Below the pieces are notes generated by a model that did not search any database, had not been told where the DNA came from, and worked only from the letters and a program-made list of their open reading frames with translations. The position numbers and the translations under genes are program-made. Source: an uncultured Planctomycetia bacterium (GTDB lineage: Bacteria > Omnitrophota > Gorgyraeia > 2-02-FULL-51-18). Taken from it: a stretch of 64,000 bases of DNA. Position 1 is the first letter of the stretch. The number at the start of each line of letters is the position of its first letter. This document shows positions 44,790 through 52,950 of this stretch, piece after piece. Where the stretch lies: the NCBI GenBank assembly GCA_964431835.1, contig CAYSKO010000010.1, forward strand, positions 267 through 64,266, written 5' to 3'.

Positions 44790-46268
44790 TCAGGGAGATG
44801 TGGCGGGGAGGAAAACGGTAAACGTCGTGCCGAGCCCGGTATGACTACGTACCTTGATGTCGCCCTGGTGGGCTTGAGCGATGGATTTGGCGATCGAAAG
44901 GCCGAGACCGAAACCTTCGCTCGAGCGCGCCTTGTCCACGCGGTAGAAGCGCTCGAAGATGTACGGCAGTTCGTTGTCGGGGATTCCGATTCCGGAATCG
45001 CTGACTTCCACGACGGCCAGATCGTTGTCGCGCGAGAGCGTGAGCGCCACTCGGCCCCGCTGAGGCGTGTACTTGATCGCGTTGTCGATTAAATTGATGA
45101 AAAGACGGCGGAGCTGGTTCTCGTGCCCGTTGATCACGGTCGTGCCGTTCTGCAGGTAGTTGATCTGGATTTGCTTTTGGTCCGCGAGGATCTTCATGTG
45201 CGCGGCGACCTTCTCCATGAGAAGATTCAAATCCACCGGCTGGGCAGCGCTCGCCATCTCCTTCGAGTCGTAACGCGCCAGAAGAAGAAGGTTGTCCAGG
45301 ATACGACGGATCTTATCGATCTCCTCAAGCGCACTGAAGAGAATCCCCTCGTACTCTTCGGGAGTCCGGCTCTTTTTGAGCGTGACTTCGAGCTCGCCTT
45401 TCAGGATCGTGAGCGGCGTTTTTAGCTCGTGCGAGATATCCTGGTTGAAGCGCTGCTGGGACGTAAACGCGCGCTCCAGACGTTCGAGCATTTCGTTGTA
45501 GGTCTCGGAAAGACGGCGGATCTCGTCGTTGGTAAGCGGGACTTTAAGGCGCATCTTGAGGTTATCCGCTTTGATCTCACGGATGGAGCGCACCATGTCG
45601 TCGACCGGCCGCAGCGTCATCTTGACCAGGAACGACCCCGCGAGACCCGTCAGAAGAGACGTGAGCGGCACGAGTAGGATCAGGATTGCTTTCAGATTGT
45701 TCAGCTCTTTCTGGATCGCCGTCAGCGAGCTCGCCACCTGAACAATGTATGCCACGCGCCGGCGTTCGATGACCGGGGAGGTCACCGCTCGCAGGGAAAG
45801 CTTGTCCCCCTCGGACGATAGCACGTCGAAGTTGTCGAACCGCGGCGTTCCCTTCAGGACGTACTCAAAAATGACCGGCCGCATCGTCGTCGAATCGGGA
45901 AGATCTTTCGACGAGGCGATCGGTTTCCCCTGCGCGTCGAACACGTGGACCACGAAATTGATGAGGTCGGGGTCGCTCGACTTGTCCTTGATCCAGCGGT
46001 CCACGAGATTCGCCAGCTCCGCGCCGCTCGCGCGACTGATGTTCGATTTCCCCTGCGTGCGGGTCACCTCGGAGTGATGCGCCTCGCGGTACGCCTCGAT
46101 GGACGTCACGATGCCGGCGGCTTTCAGCTTCAGCAGGTCGTCGATGTTCTTGTAGAGGCTGTGGCTGAAATTGCGGTACAGCAAGACGCTGAAGAGTGAC
46201 AGCGTCGCCGCCGACATCAGGATGTACAGGAGGATGATCTTGAAACGGATCGTACGGAAGAAGAACAA
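44790..46268 (-). CDS. Sensor histidine kinase (two TM helices, periplasmic sensor, HAMP, HisKA, HATPase_c; EnvZ/CpxA-like)
   Basis: 492 aa with H-box ISHELKTPLT and N/G1/F/G2 boxes (...NLIDNAIKYT...DSGIGIP...GFGLGLSI). Confidence 0.9.
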   Translation of the reverse strand: MFFFRTIRFKIILLYILMSAATLSLFSVLLYRNFSHSLYKNIDDLLKLKAAGIVTSIEAYREAHHSEVTRTQGKSNISRASGAELANLVDRWIKDKSSDPDLINFVVHVFDAQGKPIASSKDLPDSTTMRPVIFEYVLKGTPRFDNFDVLSSEGDKLSLRAVTSPVIERRRVAYIVQVASSLTAIQKELNNLKAILILLVPLTSLLTGLAGSFLVKMTLRPVDDMVRSIREIKADNLKMRLKVPLTNDEIRRLSETYNEMLERLERAFTSQQRFNQDISHELKTPLTILKGELEVTLKKSRTPEEYEGILFSALEEIDKIRRILDNLLLLARYDSKEMASAAQPVDLNLLMEKVAAHMKILADQKQIQINYLQNGTTVINGHENQLRRLFINLIDNAIKYTPQRGRVALTLSRDNDLAVVEVSDSGIGIPDNELPYIFERFYRVDKARSSEGFGLGLSIAKSIAQAHQGDIKVRSHTGLGTTFTVFLPATSP

Positions 46269-46277
46269 GGCTGTCTT

Positions 46278-46949
46278 TTAGCCCTTGAAGATGTACCCGC
46301 GGCCGCGAACCGTCTGGATGAGCTTCTTCTTGTGTCCCCCGTCGATCTTCGTGCGGAGGTAGTTGATATACACGTCGATGACGTTCGTCGACACGTCGAA
46401 GTGGATGTCCCAGACGTGTTCTGAGATCATCGTGCGCGTGACGATCTGGTTCGCGTTCCTCATGAGGTACTCGAGGAGAGCGTACTCCTTCGCCGTCAGC
46501 GCGATCTCTTTGCCGGCCCGTTCGACCTTGTGGTTCAAGAGGTCGAGTGAGACGTCGGCGACCTGGAGCTTCGTCGAAGCTTGGCCGTCCTTTTTCTTTC
46601 GGAGCATCGCCCGGACACGCGCGAGGAGTTCCTCGAACGCGAAGGGCTTCGTCACATAGTCGTCGGCGCCCGCGTCCAGACCGGCGACCTTGGACTTCAC
46701 TTCGTCCTTGGCCGTCAGCATGAGAATCGGCGTGCTCACCTTCTGGTCCCGGAGCTTCTTGCACAGCGTCATGCCGTCCAGCTTCGGGATCATGAGGTCG
46801 AGCAGGATCGCGTCGTACTCGTTCGTCGTGGCCATAAAATGGCCATCTTCGCCGTCGAGAGACACGTCGACCGCATACCCTTCTTCTTTCAGACCGCGCT
46901 TGATGAAGCTAGCTATCTTCTCCTCGTCTTCGATTACGAGTATTCGCAT
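46278..46949 (-). CDS. OmpR/PhoB-family response regulator
   Basis: True start is MRILVIEDEEKIASFIKRGL.... Receiver residues D...D52-like (LLDLMIP), T/S and K are present, with a C-terminal winged-helix (…TVRGRGYIF). The track ORF extends through a GTG into pgpA. Confidence 0.9.
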   Translation of the reverse strand: MRILVIEDEEKIASFIKRGLKEEGYAVDVSLDGEDGHFMATTNEYDAILLDLMIPKLDGMTLCKKLRDQKVSTPILMLTAKDEVKSKVAGLDAGADDYVTKPFAFEELLARVRAMLRKKKDGQASTKLQVADVSLDLLNHKVERAGKEIALTAKEYALLEYLMRNANQIVTRTMISEHVWDIHFDVSTNVIDVYINYLRTKIDGGHKKKLIQTVRGRGYIFKG

Positions 46950-46962
46950 TGTCAGCCTCCTT

Positions 46963-47424
46963 TTATCGGTTGAGATACAGGATGATTTGAAGGACAGCGT
47001 TCCCCATAATTCCGGCCGCCACGTCGTCGGCCATGATGCCGTAGGCACCCTCCATCCGGTCTAGTCGACCAACCGGCCAGGGCTTAAAAATATCGAGAAT
47101 TCGGAAGAGAAGGAAAGCGCCAGCGAACCAGAGAAGCTCGCGCGGAACGAACAAAAGCGTCAGAGACATGCCCGCGGCCTCATCGAGCACGAAGCGTTGG
47201 GGATCTTTCGATCCGAAAGCGCGCCGCGCGGGAGCGCAGAGTGCGAAACCTAAAAGGGTCGTAACCGCCGCGAAGACCGGGAGCGCCTGGGGCCAGAACC
47301 ACGCCACGAAGAGGGGCGGTAGGCTGCCGAACGTTCCGGGCATGAACGGCGCGTAACCCAGGTAGAAGAAGGACGCCAGGCAGCGAACCGCCCCGCCTGT
47401 GCGCGGACGGCCGTGTTCGTTCAC
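46963..47424 (-). CDS. pgpA: Phosphatidylglycerophosphatase A
   Basis: PgpA signature ...YLGYAPFMPGTFGSL...FRILDIFKPWP.... The likely GTG start at 47424 overlaps the upstream stop (GTGA). Confidence 0.8.
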   Translation of the reverse strand: MNEHGRPRTGGAVRCLASFFYLGYAPFMPGTFGSLPPLFVAWFWPQALPVFAAVTTLLGFALCAPARRAFGSKDPQRFVLDEAAGMSLTLLFVPRELLWFAGAFLLFRILDIFKPWPVGRLDRMEGAYGIMADDVAAGIMGNAVLQIILYLNR

Positions 47425-47984
47425 CGCGGGGCCGGTGCGCGGCGGACGGCCGCCAGGTACTGGACGCCGCTCCAGACCGTGTAGGCGACGACCAGAAGCA
47501 TCCCGTAATGAATGAACTGCCGCGCAGGGCTTTCCCATGCGGGTTTCCAGGATGCCGTTTCACGCACGGCGATGATCGTGACCGCCGCGACAATGTAGAA
47601 GAGCTGGAAAGCCGTTTTTTTCTTGCCGCTCGAATGCGCAGCCTGTTTATCGCCGGATTTCATGAAAAGACGCGTGATGGTGAGAAGGACGTCCCTGCCC
47701 GCCACCACGAGGACCGTCCAAAGCGGCAGGAAGCCGAGCGCCACGAACGACCCGAAAGCGGAAAGGGTCAGTAGTTTATCGGCGATTGGGTCCATCAGCT
47801 GTCCGAACGGCGTGATCTGGCCCGTGCTGCGCGCGATCTTTCCGTCCAGGTAGTCCGTCGCGGATGCCGTCAGGAACACCGCGAGGGCGACGAATTTAAG
47901 AGTTGCGTCGGCCTCGAGGAACAGTACGAGGAACACACCGGCCAGCACGATTCGGACGCAAGTGAGCACATTGGGAACGTTCAT
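47421..47984 (-). CDS. CDP-alcohol phosphatidyltransferase (PgsA-like), paralog 2, adjacent to pgpA
   Basis: 187 aa with motif ATDYLDGKIARSTGQITPFGQLMDPIADK. Confidence 0.8.
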   Translation of the reverse strand: MNVPNVLTCVRIVLAGVFLVLFLEADATLKFVALAVFLTASATDYLDGKIARSTGQITPFGQLMDPIADKLLTLSAFGSFVALGFLPLWTVLVVAGRDVLLTITRLFMKSGDKQAAHSSGKKKTAFQLFYIVAAVTIIAVRETASWKPAWESPARQFIHYGMLLVVAYTVWSGVQYLAAVRRAPAPR

Positions 47985-48030
47985 GAGATGCCCTCGAGGA
48001 CGCTTCGCCCGGAACCGCCGGGCGCGGGCG

Positions 48031-49371
48031 CTACTTCGGGACTGCGACTAGGTCGTATTCGAGCGCGTCGATAACGCGCACGTCCACGAACTGGCCCGGA
48101 GAGAGTTTTTTGGTGGAACGGACCACGACTTGGCCGTCGACGTCCGGCGCGTCCGCGTGACGACGGCCGTAATAGACGCCGGGCTCTTTCGCTGGTTCGT
48201 CGATCAAGACGCGTGCTTCGCTCCCGACGAGCGCGTCGTTCTGCTCGATCGAGATCTCGCGCTGGAGCGCCATGACGGCGTTAAAGCGCTCGCGCTTCAC
48301 GTCGTCTGAAATTTTTCCTTCCATCCCAAATGAGCGGGAGCCTTCCTCATCCGAATACAAGAACGCTCCGAGACGTTCAAAACGGACGTCACGCACGAAA
48401 TTCATGAGATCTTCGAATTCCTCGTCCGTCTCACCCGGAAAACCGACGATCACGGTTGTCCGAATCGCGACGGCGGGCATCCGTTTGCGGAGCGTATCGA
48501 TGCCCCAAAGCATTTTCGCGCGCGTCACGCCGCGGTTCATGCGCACGAGCATCGCGTCGTGGCTGTGCTCGATAGGAAAGTCGACGTACTTGCAGATCCG
48601 CGGATTCGCGGCGATCGCTTCGATCATTTCCTCGGTCACGTGGCCGGGGTGGGCGTACAGGAGCCGGATCCACGGCACGAGACCCTGTTTCTCGACGGCG
48701 TTCAAGAGCTCCGCCAGGGTAAAGCGCCTCTCGCGGTCGATACCGAATGCCGCGGTGTCCTGGCCAATCAAATTGATCTCTGAGATCTTCCTCTCGGAGG
48801 TGATTTTCGCGATCTCGGCGAGTACGGACTCGATCGAGCGCGAACGGTGCGGCCCCTTCATCTTGGGAATCATGCAGTAAGAACAGGCGTTGATGCACCC
48901 TTCAGAAATTTTGACGTACGCGTAATGCTCGGGCGTCAGCGTCACGCGAGGGCTCATCTCATTGAGCAGGTAGCGCGGCTTCTCCTTCACCTCGTATACG
49001 CGCTGGAGCGACTTGAGCCGGATCGGCTCGAGGAGACGCGGGAGATCCTCGAAGCTGTCAGTGCCGATGATAGCGTCGGCTTCGGGGATTTCCTTCCGGA
49101 GCTCCTCGCCGTGCCGCTGGGCAAGACAGCCGAGCACCACGACCGCGGAGAGTTTTCCTTTTTTCTTCAGTTCGCAGAGGCGCAGGATCGTTTCGATTGA
49201 TTCGGCCTTCGCCTCTTCGATGAATCCACAGGTATTCACGACGGCGACGTCGGCTTTCTTCACGTCGCGCACGATGTCGTAACCCTCTTTTTTGAGGGAG
49301 CCCAGCGCGACCTCCGAATCAACGAGCGTACGCGCGCAGCCCAAACTAACGAGACTGACTTTCATGTGCAC
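48031..49371 (-). CDS. rimO: Ribosomal protein S12 methylthiotransferase RimO (radical-SAM MTTase with TRAM domain)
   Basis: 446 aa. N-terminal MTTase Cys triad (VSLGCARTLVDSE...NTCGFI...VLGCLAQR), radical SAM CxxxCxxC (CINACSYC) and a C-terminal TRAM. Confidence 0.85.
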   Translation of the reverse strand: MHMKVSLVSLGCARTLVDSEVALGSLKKEGYDIVRDVKKADVAVVNTCGFIEEAKAESIETILRLCELKKKGKLSAVVVLGCLAQRHGEELRKEIPEADAIIGTDSFEDLPRLLEPIRLKSLQRVYEVKEKPRYLLNEMSPRVTLTPEHYAYVKISEGCINACSYCMIPKMKGPHRSRSIESVLAEIAKITSERKISEINLIGQDTAAFGIDRERRFTLAELLNAVEKQGLVPWIRLLYAHPGHVTEEMIEAIAANPRICKYVDFPIEHSHDAMLVRMNRGVTRAKMLWGIDTLRKRMPAVAIRTTVIVGFPGETDEEFEDLMNFVRDVRFERLGAFLYSDEEGSRSFGMEGKISDDVKRERFNAVMALQREISIEQNDALVGSEARVLIDEPAKEPGVYYGRRHADAPDVDGQVVVRSTKKLSPGQFVDVRVIDALEYDLVAVPK

Positions 49372-49407
49372 CTTCCGTGGAGACGTTTTAGGAACGACGG
49401 ACGAAAA

Positions 49408-50208
49408 TTAAGAAGGAATCTTGACGCCGCGGTGCGTGACCTGGAGCTTCTTGACCACGCCCTTACCCGGGGATCCCAGATTGAAGCCGTTCAGCGAAAG
49501 AACCATGTTCGAAGAGTTTCCGGACCAGATCTCGATCGATTCGCGCGCGGTCCAAGTCTCCGCGGCACCGCGCTTCAGGATAGACTGGAACATCACACGT
49601 CCGTCGGAGGTCACCCGCATCCAGACATTGTCCACCGCCTTGATGCGGAGCTCGAGCGGCGCTTTCTTCGGGATCGAAGGGAAATTCCCTTGCTCGGGAC
49701 TTCTCAGCCAGTCCGAAGAAACTTTCTTTTCGGAATCGGCACGAGGCGGGGTCGCTTTCCGGTCTGCCTTGGCCGCTCGCGCGGATGGCTTCGGCCACTG
49801 AGGCTTCGGCATAGCCTCCCAAAGCGTCTTCACCATGATGAAGAGGACGACCGCCGCGAACACCGCGATCGCGATAGCCGCCGGAACAGCGAACCATTTC
49901 TTGGAGATCGCTGGCGCTGCGAGCCTCTCGTCGGCCGTGCGCATGAAAATGTGGTCCTGCGGGGGTTCCACGGGCTTTTTGTCGCCTCTTTCGTACGCCC
50001 GCACGAGATCGTCCGCATCGACACTCAGGAAATCCGCGTAGCTCCGGAGGAAACTTTTCGCGAAAAGCGGGCTCGGGAGCTTGTCGAACTTGTCCTCTTC
50101 AAGGAGCTGCAGCACCCGCGGGTGGATCTTGATCTTCGCGTGGATTTCCTCGAACGAGAGCGCCTGACGGTTGCGCGCCTCCTTCAAAGTCGCGCCGATG
50201 GGAGTCAT
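49408..50208 (-). CDS. rodZ: RodZ-like cytoskeleton protein (XRE-type HTH, single TM, C-terminal DUF4115-like domain)
   Basis: 266 aa. N-terminal HTH (TLKEARNRQALSFEEIHAKIKIHPRVLQLLEEDKF), TM (WFAVPAAIAIAVFAAVVLFIMV) and a C-terminal beta domain. Confidence 0.7.
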   Translation of the reverse strand: MTPIGATLKEARNRQALSFEEIHAKIKIHPRVLQLLEEDKFDKLPSPLFAKSFLRSYADFLSVDADDLVRAYERGDKKPVEPPQDHIFMRTADERLAAPAISKKWFAVPAAIAIAVFAAVVLFIMVKTLWEAMPKPQWPKPSARAAKADRKATPPRADSEKKVSSDWLRSPEQGNFPSIPKKAPLELRIKAVDNVWMRVTSDGRVMFQSILKRGAAETWTARESIEIWSGNSSNMVLSLNGFNLGSPGKGVVKKLQVTHRGVKIPS

Positions 50209-52496
50209 GCGCCGCTTTCCTCTCGGGCGGTCTCGAGAGGGTTCTTCGCGCTCGGGCGCTCGACCAGGATATCGCGCGGTTTCGCGCCGCGGAACGGACC
50301 GACGATCCCGTCCTCTTCCATCATGTCGATGAGCCGTGCGGCACGCGTGTAACCCAGGCCGAGCCGACGCTGGAGCATCGAGGTCGAGGCTTGGCCGGTC
50401 TCAAGGACGACGCGCTTAGCCTCGTCGTACATTTCGTCTTTTTTGTCGCCGCCGAGCCCGCCGGGTTTGCCCGAGGCTTGCGCCTGGATCACGCCTTCCT
50501 GGTACACGGGCTTGCGCTGGTTCTTGATGAAAGCTGTCAGCTTTTCGATCTCGGCGTCCTGCACCCAAGCGCCCTGTGCTCGGATCAATTTGGACTTCCG
50601 GGGATCCATCAGGAGCAGGTCGCCGCGGCCGAGGAGCTTGTCCGCACCGTTCTCGTCGAGGATCGTACGCGAATCCACCTTTGAAGCGACCTGGAACGCG
50701 ATGCGCGCAGGAAAATTGGCCTTGATCACGCCCGTGATAACGTCCACCGAAGGCCGCTGGGTCGCGAGGATCATGTGGATGCCGACCGCACGCGCCAGCT
50801 GAGCTAGGCGCGTGATCGAGGCTTCGACCTCGTTCGCCGAAGTCATCATGAGATCCGCCAGCTCGTCGATGACGAGAACAATGTAGGGCATCTTGCGCAC
50901 CACCACAGGTTCATCTGCGTTGTTCGCGTCGTGCTTCAGTGTCTCCGGCGCGATCGACTTCGCGTCGACTTTCTCGTTGAACGAGACCAGGTTCTTCGCG
51001 CCGACCTTCGAGAGCAGCTTGTACCGCCGCTCCATCTCGGCGAGAAGCCACGCGAGCACCCCGGGCGCCTTCGTTTTGTCGGTCACGACCGGCGCGATCA
51101 GATGCGGCAAGTCGTTGTAGAAATGAAGCTCCACCATCTTCGGGTCGATCATCAGGAAGCGTACTTCCTCGGGGGTCGCGCGGTACAGGATGCTCGTGAT
51201 GATGCTGTTGATGCAGACCGATTTACCGGTGTTCGTCGCACCCGCGATCAGCATGTGCGGCATGTCGGCCAGATTGCAAACGATGGGCGCGCCCGCCGTG
51301 TCCTTGCCGATCACGAGCGTCACTTTGGATTTCTCGTTCATGAATTCCGGCGACGAAAGCACTTCGCGGATATAAACCGTCGAGGCCGAGCTGTTCGGGA
51401 CCTCGATACCTACCCTGGCTTTACCCGGGATCGGGGCGACGATGCGGACACTCGTGGCGCGCATGGCAAGCGCAATGTCGTTCTCGAGCGTCGTGATCTT
51501 CTGGACCTTCACACCAGCGGCCGGCTGCAGCTCATAGCGTGTGATCGTGGGACCCTGCTCGACCTCCACCACCTTCGCGTCGATCCCGAAGTCGCGCAGC
51601 GTGTCTTCGAGTACACGGGAGCTTTCCTCGAGATTTGTCTGCATTTTCGAGCGGTCGATCGGAGGCGCGTTCTGGAAAATGTCGATGGGCGGAAGTTTGT
51701 AGTCCCCGCTCGTCTCGTCGGCTTGAAGCGCGCGTTCGACCTTGGGCTCTGGCTTCGGTTCCTGTTTTGGGATCGAAATGCGGATCTGCGGTTTCGAGTC
51801 CGGTCGGATTTCCGCAGGCGGCGCTTTGGGTTCGGGCTTCGGTTCGGGTCTCTCCCCGCGTGCGAACGCCGGAAGTTTCGATTCGGGCTTCTCTTTCGGT
51901 TTCCCCGCCTCTTTCAGACGGTTCTTCTCGTCGATCATCTCGAGTCCGCCCGCGATCGCAGGCAGGAGTGCTTCCTTCATCTTGCCTGCGACCCCGGTGG
52001 CGGCCTGAAGCACGAGCAGTTCGGTCGCGAGAATGACCGAGAGAATGAAGACCGACAGGGCGACGAATATGGCTGCATTGCCGAAAACCGCCGCGGCGCC
52101 GGCCGAAAGGTAGAAACCGATGATGCCGCCCGATTGGAATCGCCGGGCCGCTACTTCGTCTCCGACGAGAGAGAAAAGAGCGCAGGCGGAAGCGAAAAAG
52201 ATGAGAGTCGAAAAAACCTTGAGCCACAGCTTCTGGCTTTTCTTGCCCGACCACTTGGCGAGCGCCCAGACCAGGAAGAGTGGGACGAGGAAGTAGGACG
52301 TCTTTCCGAAAAGGAGGATCAGGACCCAGGCCGTGTAGGCGCCGGCGATCCCAACGAAATTATGCGCCGGAGAATTCGGCGTGGAGATTTCGAACGGAAT
52401 ATCTTCGGGCGTGAAGGAAAGAAGCGACAGGAGCGTCAAGACCGAGACGACGAACCAGAAAAACGCCAGCACTTCGCTTCTTTTTTGGTCGTCCAC
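50205..52496 (-). CDS. ftsK: DNA translocase FtsK
   Basis: 763 aa with N-terminal TM helices, a P/E/K-rich linker, a motor domain (Walker A GATNTGKS) and a gamma winged-helix. Confidence 0.95.
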   Translation of the reverse strand: MDDQKRSEVLAFFWFVVSVLTLLSLLSFTPEDIPFEISTPNSPAHNFVGIAGAYTAWVLILLFGKTSYFLVPLFLVWALAKWSGKKSQKLWLKVFSTLIFFASACALFSLVGDEVAARRFQSGGIIGFYLSAGAAAVFGNAAIFVALSVFILSVILATELLVLQAATGVAGKMKEALLPAIAGGLEMIDEKNRLKEAGKPKEKPESKLPAFARGERPEPKPEPKAPPAEIRPDSKPQIRISIPKQEPKPEPKVERALQADETSGDYKLPPIDIFQNAPPIDRSKMQTNLEESSRVLEDTLRDFGIDAKVVEVEQGPTITRYELQPAAGVKVQKITTLENDIALAMRATSVRIVAPIPGKARVGIEVPNSSASTVYIREVLSSPEFMNEKSKVTLVIGKDTAGAPIVCNLADMPHMLIAGATNTGKSVCINSIITSILYRATPEEVRFLMIDPKMVELHFYNDLPHLIAPVVTDKTKAPGVLAWLLAEMERRYKLLSKVGAKNLVSFNEKVDAKSIAPETLKHDANNADEPVVVRKMPYIVLVIDELADLMMTSANEVEASITRLAQLARAVGIHMILATQRPSVDVITGVIKANFPARIAFQVASKVDSRTILDENGADKLLGRGDLLLMDPRKSKLIRAQGAWVQDAEIEKLTAFIKNQRKPVYQEGVIQAQASGKPGGLGGDKKDEMYDEAKRVVLETGQASTSMLQRRLGLGYTRAARLIDMMEEDGIVGPFRGAKPRDILVERPSAKNPLETAREESGA

Positions 52497-52500
52497 TACC

Positions 52501-52950
52501 TTACACCCCCGTGTGTCCGAAGCCGCCTTCTGCGCGAGAGGTGTCCGAAAGCTCGCCGACCTCCTCGATCTGGGCCCGGACGACTTCCTGGATCACCATC
52601 TGCGCCATCCGAGCCCCGCGCTTGACGACGTAGGGCGTCTTGCCGAGGTTCGTGACGATCAGGGAGACGACGCCCCGGTAGTCGCTGTCGATGGTGCCGG
52701 GCGTGTTCACGAGCGTGATTCCGTGCTTGAGAGCCAACCCGCTGCGCGGACGGATCTGCGCTTCGTAGCCCTGCGGGATCGCCAGCGAAATCCCCGTAGG
52801 GATCAGCTTGATCTCGCCCGGAGAAACCGTTTGGTCTTCCCCGACGTCCGCGTAAAGGTCCATTCCCGCCGCGCCGGCCGACATATAGGCCGGCAACGGA
52901 AGGTCATGAGAACCAGGACTTCTTCTTAGGCTTATCTTGACCGTTTTCAA
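52501..52950 (-). CDS. dut: dUTP diphosphatase
   Basis: Reads ...[18 protein letters not shown]...GTIDSDYRG.... The likely start is TTG at about 52950 (AGGAG-N4-TTG), which places the first approx. 15 codons over the 3' end of pnp in another frame. The long upstream track ORF is antisense read-through. Confidence 0.8.
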   Translation of the reverse strand: MKTVKISLRRSPGSHDLPLPAYMSAGAAGMDLYADVGEDQTVSPGEIKLIPTGISLAIPQGYEAQIRPRSGLALKHGITLVNTPGTIDSDYRGVVSLIVTNLGKTPYVVKRGARMAQMVIQEVVRAQIEEVGELSDTSRAEGGFGHTGV

